Positions 41,652 through 56,020 are shown, counted from the stretch's first letter. The stretch is 64,000 bases of DNA from Octopus sinensis (GCF_006345805.1 NC_043013.1:32054001-32118000); one strand, 5' to 3'. Notes: generated by a model from the sequence alone, not told the origin. Numbers and translations are program-made.

Positions 41652-41949
41652 AAGTATTATTCGAGACAAAACCACTATTTTGCAAAACAAACAAGGAAAG
41701 ACTTAATCAATACATAAAATTTTAATAAATAGTCAATCATTTTGACTGCAGCCCCGCGAGGGCGCCGCCTTGGAGGGATTGTTTTAGTCAAATGAATCGA
41801 CCCCAGAACATTTTTTTCAGCCAAGTACTTACTCTATTTTGCCGAACCACTAAGTTATGGGGACGTAAACACACTGACATCGGTTGTCAAGCATTGATTA
41901 AGTCTTTCCTTGTTTGTTTTGCAAAATAGTGGTTTTGTCTCGAATAATA
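41350..41949. repeat. SINE1 3' part (minus strand) with a local direct plus inverted duplication
   Basis: 41350-41512 is repeated at 41733-41893; 41655-41711 is inverted at 41893-41949. Confidence 0.9.
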
Positions 41950-42102
41950 TTTTATAATATTTTACTATAAAATCGATTTAATCCTAAATCTGATTTTTTC
42001 CCTGTAAATTGGATTTATTCCCTAATATTTATTATTATATATATATATATATATATATATAGATATATATATGTGCGGCTATTATTCACTACTCACACAC
42101 AC

Positions 42103-42181
<79 letters not shown>

Positions 42182-42767
42182 TTACTCTTGTCCTTATTAT
42201 CATTTTTATTATCATTATTGTTTTTATTGTTGTTGTTGGATCTGAATCCTCCATGTAGTGAAAGGCCTTTGGTGATTTAATCGACTATATCTTCCTTCTA
42301 AATTGCGGTATTTTATACTCGACAGTTACTGTGTTCTTTCGGTGCCTCGCCATTTATAAAACTCATCTTCTACCAACTACGAAGATATTAGAGACAAAAT
42401 ATACATCATTAAATACTATAGAGGACCCATTATTGTCTGTGCATCTCCGTTGGCTTCATATTCAGATAGATAGTCTCCGCAATCATATTGCATTAGTCAC
42501 ATAAGTATATGATGATATCTAGATCAAATTGAAAACCATGAGATATGAACACATTCGCACTAAATATCCAAATACTGCATTAAAATATGTAATTAAAAAT
42601 TCGTGCATTTAACACGGTTTCTACGTCACAAAAACGATGAACATTCCTTTGCGAGTCTAATTTGTATGGACTAGCTATGGAAAACATAACAAAATGAACA
42701 CACCAGTCATTGCAAAACCTTTCACCTTGTGAAATTATGACATTCGGCATTAAACAAACAAAGTGTA

Positions 42768-42928
42768 GGCGCAGGAGTGGCTGTGTGGTAAGTAGCTTGC
42801 TTACGAACCACATAGTTCCGGGTTCAGTCCCACTGTGTAGCACCTTCAGCAAGTGTCTACGGGCCGACCAAAGCCTTGTGAGTGGATTTGGTAGACGGAA
42901 ACCGAAAGAAGCCTGTCGTATATATGCG

Positions 42929-42983
<55 letters not shown>

Positions 42984-43215
42984 TGTGTGTGTATATGTTT
43001 GCGTGTCCTTCTTTGTCATCCCCCCAACATCGCTTCACACCCGATGCTGGTGTGTTTACGTCCCCGCAACTTAGCTGTTCGGCAAAAGAGACTGATAGAA
43101 TACGTACTAGGCTTACAAAGAATAAGTCATGGAGTCGATTTGCTCGACTAATTGCGGTGCTCCAGCATGGCCGCAGTCAAATGACTGAAACAAATAAAGA
43201 GAGAATAAAGAGAGA
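42768..43215 (+). mobile_element. SINE family 1, full length
   Basis: GGCGCAGGAGTGGCTGTGTGG head, GGTTCAGTCCC, internal (TA)n, tail gactgaaacaaataaagagagaataagag. Confidence 0.9.
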
Positions 43216-44175
43216 TAGTGTGAGAAGAATAGTAATTTCCTTCGTGGAGAAATATTGTTTCTTTATGTCCAAATATCATTGAACCGCTTAGATTATTTCT
43301 GAGAAAAAGTATGTAATAGTATTGACCAGCTCTATTCACTAGATATTATATTGATAATTTAATATCTTTATAGTTTTCTCTCTTTTGAATAAACATTTAG
43401 ATCAAAACGTTACTGCATGTGACCCTCTAGGACACAGGAACCTCCGAATTTGTATACGTTTGGGATTTAAATCCTGTGGCGATGGATGCATTGTAATATT
43501 CCTGATATCTACAAACTACAGCGTAGTTGGCTTTGCAATTATATTACATCAACTAGTTGTATCATATATGTGTTAACAGTAATAGAAAAGGATATTTCTT
43601 TGGCTAGATATACGTAATTAAATCGCGAGATTCATTGTCAGACACACAGAAGTTTATTCGGAAATAAACATAAGTAAATGTCTTCTCTAATAAAATGATT
43701 TTAACTTGTACATCTGAATTACAAGCCTTTCAAGATAACTTTGTAGTGAACGAAAATAATTGATTGAATTAGCCTCTAATGTATGCCTTGCAAAACGAAA
43801 TGTCGACCTCAGCAGAATGTGAACTACGCGCTTAATGGAAATAAATGACATCAAATCTTTAGAGCGATATTCAATCGTTTATCCCAATCGTCGTATCAAA
43901 ACACTCAAAATAATGAACACATTTAGTGTGGCTCTCTTCATGTAAAGATTTCATTGTGAATAAAGAAAAAAAATTGTAAGTCTTGTGTGTTGCTTGACGT
44001 ATTTCAATTATCTTCTTCATATTGTGACAGAGAAATATCTAAAATAAACCGAAAATATTTCCTTGACATGCGCACTTAGACAAATGGCTCTTAAAATCAG
44101 AATGGCATTGAAATTTAACACGTGTTAATGCCAAGAATTCGTACAAGGAAATGCAAAACCATTGTTTTCAATTAT

Positions 44176-44348
44176 TTGGCAGAATGAAGAAGAAGAAGAG
44201 AAGAAGAAGAAGAAGAAGAAGAAGAAGAAGAAGAAGAAGGAGGAGGAGGAGGAGGCGGAGGAGGAGAGGAAGAAGAAGAAGAAGAAGAAGAAGAAGAAGA
44301 AGAAGAAGAAGAAGAAGAAGAAGAAGAAGAAGAAGAAGGAGGAGGAGG
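44176..44348. repeat. (GAA)n/(GGA)n polypurine tract
   Basis: Directly visible. Confidence 0.95.
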
Positions 44349-45179
44349 CCATTCGTTTTAAATATGGCTGCCCACCTTGGAATAATATCTTACTATTTTC
44401 TAGCGATCTAGAAGGTCTGGAGAGAGAAGACGCTAAACATTTTAAAGGTACAGCTTCGTGAGATTTCACTCCATCACCAACGGAGATGCATCGGCGGTGA
44501 CAGGGAGTGTGTCCCAAGGTTCGATGGAATGCAAGGGTTAAGATTTTATAGTTGTTCCAGTTACAGTGAAATTAAATCGATTTCTGGTATGGTTTCAATT
44601 AATTTTATACACATATATATGATAGTGGTTCCCTCCCATATTTCCTTTTGTAGGAATTGATCTTAAATTTACGAGAGGTTGTAAAATGCTTCATTTTACA
44701 GGTAGCTTCATTTGGAACAATGAGATTTAAATAACATAACCAAGAGTGTGGAATAGTTACTTTTACAGCTTTTTTCTCGCTCGTGTAATGAATTATATAC
44801 AATAAATATATTGAAATGCGTCAATGATTTGTGCAACAATGTTGTTTTCCTTAAAACGGCACATAATTAATTTCAACATGAAATTAAAACGCTGGATCCC
44901 CATCGGATTTAGATATTTCAATTTCTTATAAATATATTTATTGTATAAAAGCAATTAGTTAAGTATTTTCTCCACTAAAATGAATTAAATGTAATACCGT
45001 GATAAAGTATGATAGTGTCTACGTAGTATAATGAAATAATTGAAAGCAAAAGAACGGAATAATTTGCTTCTGTTTACTGGAACGTTTTACTCTTCTGTGG
45101 CCACTGTAAACTTCAATGAAGGAAGAAGTAATCCCTTAGCGAAACTGAAATCTTTCGAATTGAAGACATGATAATAATA

Positions 45180-45620
45180 ATAATAGTCCTTTGTGCTATA
45201 GGCGTATGGGCTTAAATTTTAGTGGAGGGCGCTAGGCGATTGCATCGACCCCAGTTCTCAACTGATACTTATTCTATCGACTCCGAAAGGATGAAAGGAA
45301 AAGGGAACCTCGGCAGAATATGAACTAAGAACATAAACCGGAAGAATGGCTGATAAGCAATGTGTCAGACATGCTAACGATCCTGCCAACACTCTGCTTT
45401 TATGATAATAAAAATAGTGGTTTTAAATTTTCACACAAGGCTAGTAATTTCGGTGAAGGGGGCGAGTCGATTACATCCACAGCAATGTTCAGCTGGTCTT
45501 TATTTTATTGACCCTGAAAGGATGGAAGGCAAGGTCGACGTCGGCGAAATTTGAACTCAGCGCATAAAGACAGACAGACGAACTACCACTAAGCATTTTG
45601 CTCGACGCGCTAACAATAGC
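45180..45620 (-). mobile_element. Two SINE family 2 copies
   Basis: Family-2 core (atcgaccccag..ctgatacttatt..gaaaggatgaaagg) at about 45190-45395 and 45420-45615. Confidence 0.75.
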
Positions 45621-45724
45621 AATAATACTTTCTACTATAGGCACAATGTCTTAGATTTTGGCCTTCTCTATCAAGTCTAACTGCAAACAAAATAATTGCA
45701 TCTATTATCTATTTATAGAAGTGT

Positions 45725-46080
45725 GGAGGCGCAAAGACCCAGTGGTTAGAGCAGCAGACTCGCGGTCGTAGGACCGCTGTTTCGATTCCCAGATCGGGCG
45801 GTGTGAGTGTTTAAGGTGCGAAAACACCTGAAGCTCCGGCAGTGGGTGGCGAACCCCGCTGTACTCTCTCACCACAACTTTCTCTTGATGTTTCTATTGT
45901 ACCTGTATTTCAAAGGGCCAGCCCTGTCACACTCTGTGTTAAGTTGAACCTCCCTGCGAACTACGTTAAGGGTACACGTGTCTGTGGAGTGCTCAGCCAC
46001 TTCCACATTAATTTCACGAGCAGGCTGTTCCGTTGATTGGATCAACTGGAACCCTCGTCGTCGTAACCGACGGAGTGACA
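45725..46080 (+). mobile_element. tRNA-derived SINE family 3
   Basis: Head GGAGGCGC..CAGTGGTTAGAGC..TTTCGATTCCC; 3' tgtggagtgctcagccac..gctgttccgttgat..gtcgtcgtaaccgac shared with 59470-59757. Confidence 0.85.
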
Positions 46081-46129
46081 TGATTTATAGAAGGAATACA
46101 TGAAAGTAGCATTTGTCCAAGCGTGATTT

Positions 46130-46375
46130 AAATAACCCGCTCAAGGGATCATGTCGATTACATCGACCCCAGTGCGCAACTGGTACTTATTTAATCGACC
46201 CCGAAAAGATGAAAGGCAAAGTCGACCTCCGCGGAGTAATAAACAATAAGAATGACTTCAATTTTGGTACAAGGCTAGCAGTTAGGGGGCCGAGTTTACG
46301 TCGATTACATCGACCTCCAAAGCTCAAATGGTACTTATTTTACCGGACCCGAAAGAATGAAAGGCAGTTTACTAT
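46130..46375 (-). mobile_element. Two partial SINE family 2 copies
   Basis: gtcgattacatcgacc..tggtacttattt..cccgaaa.gatgaaaggca occurs twice. Confidence 0.75.
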
Positions 46376-46730
46376 ACAGTTGATCAAAGCTTTCTGTGTC
46401 AAGTCTAACTTCAGGCTAAATAATTGCATCTATTATCCATTCATAGAAGAAGAAATACAGGGAAGTTCTGTTTGTCTAAGCGTGATTTACATAACCTCTC
46501 AGCACGTGACTTCAATTGGCAGCCGATGTTTACAAAACTTTTGTGGAGGACTCGTTCTTAGTATTTTACATGTTGTAGTCAGTTAGCAAACAAATTCGAA
46601 AATTGAAACCGAAGGCCTTTACTGCTACTGAATATCTACGAGAGATGCCTAATGTTATAGTTACGTGTTCCACAGCCTTATAATACATATACATACGCAA
46701 CATACACACACACCTATATATATATATAAA

Positions 46731-46965
46731 AGGCGGCGAGCTGGCAGAAACGTTAGCACGCCGGGCGAAATGCATAGCCGTATTTCGTCTGCCGTTACGT
46801 TCTGAGTTCAAATTACGTTCTGAGTTCGACTTTGCCTTTCATCCTTTCGGAGTCGATTAAATAAGTACCAGTTACGCACAGGGGTCGATATAATCGACTT
46901 AATCCGTTTGTCTGTCCTTGTTTGTCCCCTCTGTGTTTAGCCCCTTGTGGGTAGTAAAGAAATAT
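46731..46965 (+). mobile_element. SINE family 2, near full length
   Basis: GGCGGCGAGCTGGCAGAAACGTTAGC head, GAGTTCAAAT B-box, ctttgcctttcatcctttcggagtcga..aagtaccag core; internal 15-bp repeat ttacgttctgagttc x2. Confidence 0.9.
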
Positions 46966-47633
46966 ATATATAATCATATAATCTTTCACTCTTGCGGCTG
47001 CCTTCATACTGCGGCACCACCTTAGTCTTTCTGATCTCCTCAGCCTGAGGCGCTTCACATCACATGTCCTGTATGTGCCCCTTCTCCCAGCTGTCACTCC
47101 ATCTGGTGAATACGGGAGTTTGATTCCGCTGCCCTCGTCTGCTTTACCGTCATCGGTTGAATATATCAAACGTACATAAATACAGATATATATATATATG
47201 CAGAACAAACGATATACTTACATATACGAACGTCCATACATACATATATATGCACGTATGCATATATTTATGCGTAAACCCGGCCCCCTAACTGCTGGCC
47301 TAGTAACAAAGGTAATAATTTTTTACAACTATCTACTTTTGATATATTCAACCGATTTAAAGCAAACCAGAGATCCTGGATTTTGAATTATTCAATAATA
47401 TTTTTTGCTAGCCTATTTTGTCCCTCTGTCTTATCTCATGGTACGATATGAACATTTAACGTGGTTTTTAAAGTCAGGGTTTTGACTGCTATTTCGGCAT
47501 GGTGGTGTCTCTTAGACACCCTTATTTTTAGTTGCAAACAATTATTAACTTTGTACGGTATTTTTTCCCATGCTGGCCACTTGATAATATCGATATTTAA
47601 ATATCGATATTATCCTTATTTATAGTAATATAA

Positions 47634-47689
<56 letters not shown>

Positions 47690-47692
47690 TAA

Positions 47693-47730
<38 letters not shown>

Positions 47731-47917
47731 TAATATATATTATATATAATATTTGGTACGATATACAAACATTATTTAATAACACTTTGACCCGCGTCAA
47801 ACTGTTATTAAATAATGTTTGTAAATCGGACCAAATGTGTCACTTTCTTATATTTGTCCACTCCATTTCGTGTACGTGTATGTGTATGGACGTGTGCGTG
47901 TGAGCGTTCGGGTGTAA

Positions 47918-47998
<81 letters not shown>

Positions 47999-49421
47999 GT
48001 TATAATATACACTGCCCACATCCCTCTATTAGTTGTTCACATGTTGCCATATATAAGTTTTAAATCGGTAAAAAAAACAGCAAGAAACAGTTCCGTTCAG
48101 CCTTAGAATCAACCCTAGAGTGAACCCTTGTAGATGGTTGGTACAATTTTATGTGCTTCGGAAGATTAAAAGTTGTAAGTGGTTAAATTCTCACTCAAAG
48201 GCGAATAATATATTCCCATGTTTAATGTTACTATTCAAAGCTTTTTTTTTTTTTTAGATGAAACATCCATGAAAAATATGTTATTATATGAATTTATTTA
48301 TCATTTCTCTTCCGTTTCACTCACGCTGCTTCAGCATATTATATTGGGCCCTTTTTAAATTTCTGCTTGTCGTCTATTTTATTTTACGTAATCAGTAGAC
48401 TGCAATCTGAAATACATATATTGTTGTTTCTTCTATTAAAGAGTAAATAATTCAAAGCTAACAACGCGGATCTGCGTTGCCTTAAGTCCCGGTTGCTTAA
48501 CAAGAACAGAAAACAAGCTTTCAAAGCAAAAACAAGCTGATGAATATGAAACTCATGAGGATTTTTTGACTCCTAAAATCTAATTAATGCTGACTAAATT
48601 TCAGTCAAAACTGAATTTTGGATTTCCCAAATCATCATCAATATTCGCAGTTCCGTTAATATTATTGCATATAGCGTGTCTCGTGGGGAGAACTGGAAAT
48701 ATTTTTTTTTTACTAATCAATAACTAGAAAGTGTTGAAATGTAGAAGAAAATTATGAAACAAAAACAGTGAAAAATAAAATATGATTCTGGGCTATTCAC
48801 CCAAGCTTGTTTTATTTTAAGAGACTTCTTTTTTTCCCCTTTTTAAGTGTTGTTTTCGTTTATTTTTTATCCTGTTAGAAAATAGACTGTGATCAATGAA
48901 AATTTGATACAAATAATGTTATAGAATGATACATGATTATATTAGTTCGAAAAATTGCTGAATGTTATATGCTGTATACACTTAAATATGAAATATCTTA
49001 GTGACGTTGGACTAAAACTAACCAAACAAAATCTATGTGTATCTTTACCCAATTTTATTCTATCAAAAACATTAACGTTGTACTCAAGAATGTGTTATTC
49101 GTCAGTAAAATGAATGTGTCAGGGGGATATGAGGATAATGCATGTGATTTTATTTTTAAACAGATTTCTATTTTACTTTTTTTTAAGGAAATCTTTTAAG
49201 TAGTTCCACTCCGCTTATTTATTGATGTCTCACACTCGTGGACATGAATAAATGCAGAGATATAATCAATATTATACTACCGACAGTCAACAAACGTATA
49301 TATACGAACACAGAAAACTCAGATATATAGAACCGAATATACATATCAACATATACGCATATAAAGATATATACATACATATTCACACACTCACATCTAT
49401 GTATATTTATATATATATATA

Positions 49422-49469
<48 letters not shown>

Positions 49470-49470
49470 A

Positions 49471-49526
<56 letters not shown>

Positions 49527-49635
49527 ATATGTATGTATGTATGTATGTATATATATATATATATATTATATATATATATGTTTGGTTAGTTTAGTCCAAC
49601 GTCACTAAGATATTTCATATTTAAGTGTATACAGC

Positions 49636-49705
<70 letters not shown>

Positions 49706-49791
49706 ACAAATATATGTGTATATACAAATATATGTGTATATATATATGTGTGTGTGTGTATACATATCTACATATGTATTTATGTGCGTGT

Positions 49792-49869
<78 letters not shown>

Positions 49870-49914
49870 GGATGGATGGATGGATGGATGGATGGATGGA
49901 TGGATAGACAGAAA

Positions 49915-49956
<42 letters not shown>

Positions 49957-50746
49957 ATATATTACAGAAATTGCTCAAACAATTCCATTTTGACATTATT
50001 CATATTCTCAACTCATCGTATGAGACGAAATAGTAAAGTATGACCTAAATATTTGCAACTACAGTATTTGATGGTACAAATGATGCGCGAGCGTATAAGA
50101 CGCACTCCAATGTTAGTAGCGCAAGTTCAGTGGGAACGGTTTTAGTAAATTAAAGAATATAATATAAGCGTAAAACTGGACCCGAGATAATTTTTGCTTT
50201 TAGACATTTGAGGAGAAAAGCACATCGTATATGCCCTCAAATACGGTATCTACTTTCACTGACTTTCACTGATTTTATTATTTTTTTCTATTTACCTCTT
50301 CATGTTTATCACATACTCGGTTCATCTCCACTTTTTTGCACACTATAACTTTCACCTTTGAATTTTCTAGTTGTAATTTTCACTGATTATCTTGCCATTT
50401 ACAGACCTTAAGCCTCTTACGATTTCTCTGTCTATCATTATTCCACCTTCCACATCTATTTCTTCGATATATTTTGCACTATTTTAGTGAATTACTTGGA
50501 ACTATACTTGTTTCCTCGAATCATACATCCTTTTATGGACATTGTTTCATAACTGTCTTCTTCCAAGCGTATGTTAGATTTGCAGATGAAAAGATGGACG
50601 TACAGATGTCTACGTGGGTTTCTTTTATGGCTATTATGATTAAAAACATTAATACATTTTGCAAAAAACATTTATCCTTATCATTAAAAAGTAAAAATGA
50701 AACTGTTCACTTATGTGAAAACACACACACGCACACACATATATAC

Positions 50747-50841
<95 letters not shown>

Positions 50842-50910
50842 CAGGCAGACATATATATATATATAATCGGTGGGCTTCTTTCGGTTTCCGTCAACCAAAT
50901 CTATATGTAA

Positions 50911-50942
<32 letters not shown>

Positions 50943-50959
50943 CTATAATATATATATAA

Positions 50960-51170
50960 TAAATCCAAAACAGAGGAAGAACAAACACACAAAAAACACA
51001 ACACGAGGACGTGGTACATGTAACGAAAGTATTAGCAGACACTCAGGGATGGAAAGAAAGATGGTCTAATATTTCGAGGAACGCTCATCTTCCGAAACAG
51101 AGGAAAGTCCAATAGTAAGGAGGATAGAAGAAGGAAATCGCCAACGATTCACGTGTTCACATTTTGAAAT
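50960..51170 (-). mobile_element. Second, diverged Penelope-like pLTR copy with a broken hammerhead
   Basis: Reverse complement aligns with 39025-39245; the core reads CGGAAGA..GAAAT instead of CUGANGA..GAAAC. Confidence 0.6.
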
Positions 51171-52824
51171 TATATATATATATAGAGAGAGGGAGAGAGA
51201 GAAGGGGGAGGGAGGCAGAATGAAAAAGAGAGAGAAAGAGAGAGAAATGGGAGAGATGAATTATATATATATATAATTCTTCTGTCTACTTCTCTCTCTT
51301 CTTTCCCCACGTGAAGAAAATAACCCTATATATATATACACACACATGCATATAACTACAACACGCGCACACACATATCTCTGCGTGTGTGTGTAATTTC
51401 GTATGTATTTGTATGTATATGTATAATTGAATATATGGATGTGTGTGCGGTTTTGTTATGTATATATGTGTTCGTATGTGTGTGTGAGTGTGTGAGTGTG
51501 CGTGCATGTGTGTGCGCGCGCATGTGTGTGTCTGCGCGTGCGTGTGTGTATTTATTATGTATATATATATATGAATACATGTGTGTTTGCGCATCTTAAT
51601 GTATGTCCCACACAATGATGATATACAGAAACTGAAATAGAAAAGGAAAATTCGCAATTCCTGTTTTTTTTTTTATTCCAATTGATCATATTATTCCAAA
51701 ATACATTATTCCCTATCAGTTTCACTTTTCATGTTATTCACTCATCACAATGCACAAACGTTAACGCTGGCTGACAGCCTTCAGTGAGATATATTAGAAT
51801 GCATCAATCGAATATTCTTGTTGTGAACACCAAGGTAACTTAGAATAGTAACTTTATTTATGTTAAATTATTCTTAAAGGGACGGACAAATATATTTTTG
51901 CAGTATTGATATTTATAGATAAAATACAAAATACGTTTGGCGATTGAATGTCGATTAAGACTTATTGCTACAAATGTAATGATTGCCATACAATGTATTC
52001 TATACTTTCTCGACTGAATGTATCCGAATGCAACCATTCGTAGTACAAAGCTTAAGTCTATTGTGAAAATGCTTCGCACAAGGGTGGTAATGTTATAAAA
52101 ACAAAGATACTTCTCAAATATTGATATGTAAAATTAGATTTTAAAAAAATATGTGACATTATTGAGCAGTCCTCAGCCACCCTGAAAACGCATCATTCGG
52201 TACCGGGACTCTCAGAAAGGATAAATTTAAAAATTTTTATTTCTGCTTTATTGACCATTGCAATCCGCATGGTGGTTTTGTATTATATATGTAAGATATG
52301 TGCATGATATATGTAATAATTAGATTATACACCATGTACTATATTGTGTCGTATTATGTGCATGATCCCTGGTCCATTAAAAACAGGTCTTGCCTGAAAC
52401 TGGTTCGTGATGGCAAAAAAGGATGGGGATGGTGACCGTAATTTATTATCAGAAACTTGACTTTTCAATATAATACGTTGCTATCAATATTCATAAAGAG
52501 TGCAATTGTGGCTCGACCGGAAGTAGTAATTCATATAACCAGAATAACTCAGTCCGGAACACACTATGTTCCAATGAGAGTAACACAATATACATTAAAT
52601 TTCCATAAAGTGTAAGGACGAATACATTTTCATAAATATTTGTAAATTTGAAAAATTAAGTATCATAGTTATCTAACGATTGGAACTCATTAAACAATTA
52701 TGATACAAGGGTGCTGGTCGATTACGTGGAACTGCCGCAAGTGTGTTGTTTTCCCACGTTTTAACGAGGAAGCCAATATACCATTCGTAATGATCGCAAT
52801 AATAACTATGTAAGCATATATTTA

Positions 52825-52879
<55 letters not shown>

Positions 52880-52968
52880 GCATATATATGAACGTATATA
52901 TATGTGTGTGTATGAATGTGCATGTATATGTGTATGTATATGTGTATATATATATATATATATACGTA

Positions 52969-53812
52969 CATGGTGGGATGGGAAAATTGTCGCCATTTCA
53001 TATTTTCAATTTTGCGCATGCGCATTGTTTGTTTGTTTTTTACCCACTACACAGTATAGTAGGGTCAGCTGGGCACCGTCTGTGAGAAAAAACAACACCA
53101 TGACGCAATTCACACTGCCAGGAATTTGTAAACGGCATATGGCTCCAGTACGCACATTTTAGAGTGTTTGGATGTCACTCTGACGACAGTGAAATCTGAG
53201 GACATGTAAAGGTGGCGAGCTGGCAGAAACATTAGCAAGCCGGGCGACAAGTTTAGCGGTATTTTACCTGTCTTTACGTTCTGGCTTCAAATTCCGCCGA
53301 AGCTGATTTTGCATTTCCTCCTTTCGGGGGTCGATAAATTAAGTATAAGTTGCGTACTGGGGTCGATCTAATCAACTGACCCCCTTCCCCCAAAATTTCA
53401 GGCTTTGTGCCTAGAGTAGATAAGAATCTGAGGATATGTACTCATATGAGAGCGATAAAAATCAAGAGCACTAGTGGCGACAACATCACCTCTAAAACCT
53501 GGCCACCTAAGTTCCCAGACTGCAATCCACTTTATTATATACGGGGCGCAGTTGAGCGAGAAACCAACAAAACTCCATGTAATACCTAGGATTATGGTAG
53601 CGTTTACCAACTTAAACAAGGAGAGCGTCCGGAAAAATTGCGCAGGAGATTCTGAAGTCCTCTGGAAGCTATGTTTGAAGCCAATGGCGATTTTAATGAA
53701 TAAATTTACTCTTTAGTATTTCAAGATATTTTTATGTAATTTTGGTAAATATATCTGTGAAAATGAGATGTCAGAGTTATCTTCATTTTTGCGTAATTTA
53801 GACGACACCCTG
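52969..53812 (+). mobile_element. Deleted mariner (DD37D/maT-type) derivative interrupted by a SINE
   Basis: TA-flanked. Ends match those of the 58378 element (..aaattgtcgccat; gacgacaccctg). Encodes ITSKTWPPKFPDCNPLYYIRGAVERETNKTPCNT. Confidence 0.85.
53209..53424 (+). mobile_element. SINE family 2 with a 16-bp target-site duplication
   Basis: Full head and core. TSD aatctgaggacatgta (53193-53208) / aatctgaggatatgta (53425-53440). Confidence 0.92.
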
Positions 53813-53846
53813 TATATACAAGTACATATATATATATATATACATG

Positions 53847-53928
<82 letters not shown>

Positions 53929-54043
53929 CATATATATATGTATATATTATACGTATATATATATATGTATATATATGTATATATATGTATATATATGTAT
54001 GTGTGTGTGTGTGTATACATATATATATATATTAATATATATC

Positions 54044-54078
<35 letters not shown>

Positions 54079-54142
54079 GTATGTGTGTGTATATATATAT
54101 ATATAAATATTCGCGTTTGAATGTGAGTCTAATTTATATAAG

Positions 54143-54238
<96 letters not shown>

Positions 54239-54756
54239 CTATTTCTATTTCCGCTATGAATGACAAACATTTATTAACTTTCTCATTTACGATACCCCAG
54301 AGCGTATATTTTCAATTACACTTCAAAATGTCAGGTTAAATTGTAAAATCGAGATTCATAAATTTCCTATTAAATTCTCTGGAATTTTCCCAGAGCAAAA
54401 TGTATACATGTACCGTTATGAAGACTGACTTTTCGTTGCAGTTAAATTATCGGATTAAATCAATACCCGAAAGTTTTAACGTTGTATTGATTATTACAAG
54501 ATAATACCAATTTTGCAAACTGTTAAAATAGTTTAGAATTTGTTTGCTCTCTGTGTTGGCATAATTTTCGTAATTTTATTATATACCATTTGTGGACTTT
54601 AGTATAATATCGGACAATTAATGCCGTCTGTACATAGCCTTGAAAAGCTATTTCTTATATGGAAAGAGGCTTATAAAATTCAAATTGCCACGCCCTCCTC
54701 CACAAATGAAAATATCAATATTATATTGTGTGTGTGTGTGTGTGCGTGCGTGTGTG

Positions 54757-54796
<40 letters not shown>

Positions 54797-54879
54797 TGTG
54801 TGTGAACGTGCATTTGTTCGCCCGCGCCTGTGTGTCTGTTAATGATGAGATGTCAAAGCTTTTCTCCATGATTTCTAAA

Positions 54880-54967
<88 letters not shown>

Positions 54968-55089
54968 TTTATGTGTGTGTGTATGTATAGATGTATGTAT
55001 GTATGTATGTATGTATGTATGTATGTATGTATGTATGAATGTATATATGTAAGTATGTATGTTTTTTCTTTTTTTTCTCTTGAGTCGGC

Positions 55090-56020
55090 GAGACATATGC
55101 AGAAAGACAAAGATAAAGGTGTATAAGGCGTGTGTGCTCCCTTCTCTTCTCTATGCCTGCAAGACGTGGGTCACATATCGATACCACCTTAAACAACTGG
55201 AACATTTCCATCAGATGTGCCTCAGACGGATCTATGGCATTAAGTGGAAGGACCGCATCAGTGATCTTGAAATATTGGAAGGCTCTCGGTGTGAAAGTAT
55301 AGAAGCTCTTGTGTTAAAGCAAAGGATCAGATAGAGTGGTCATCTGGTCAGAATGAAGGATTCAAGGATGCCAAAACAACTCTTTTATGGATAGTTAGCT
55401 AAAGGAGAACGACCTCCACATAAACCAAAAAAGAGGTATAAGGACTTGCTGAAGGCTTCCTTAAGAGATGCTTGCATCTCTCCTGACACATGGGAAGGCA
55501 TAGCTATTGATCGTAGCAGATGGAGAAGGATTGTACATGAGGGGACATCCACTTTTGAGAAATCTCGAGTTGCACATGAGAAAGTAAGGAGGGATGTAAG
55601 GAAGGGCATCGCTGTTACACTTCCATAAGGGAAGGGTCTTCCTTTCATTCTGACATGCAATGTCTGTGCAAGACCCTGCCTCAGTAAAGCTGGACTCAAG
55701 AGTCATCTTCGTAGTCATAAAACGAGACAGATGAGTGACAACCTGGTCACTGGTGGTGGTGTAACACACCATACTAATCATATCTGTCGGGCATGTGGAC
55801 GAGAGTGTAATTCGGCAGGAGGACTTAAAGGACATGCAAAGGTACATGAAGCCCAGTTACAACTACAGCTGGCTAGTACCAGTAAAGGTTTTAGTTGCCA
55901 ATTTTGTACAAGACATTGTAGATCTTTAGCTGGGCTAAAAAGTCACATTAGATCACAGCACCAGTAACAGTTAAGCTTCGTGCAATGGCCATAATCGATA
56001 ACGGGGGGAAAGCCATAATG
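55090..56020 (+). mobile_element. RTE-clade LINE 3' fragment with three C-terminal C2H2 zinc fingers
   Basis: One frame with 3 internal stops: [74 protein letters not shown], then three CxxC-x12-H-x3/4-H fingers, stop at 55967, short 3' UTR and (ATGT)n tail. Confidence 0.92.

Noticed and set aside
48442-48582. Possible terminal exon (VNNSKLTTRICVALSPG..PKI*) after ttcttctattaaag
   Set aside because: No homology and no linked upstream exon.
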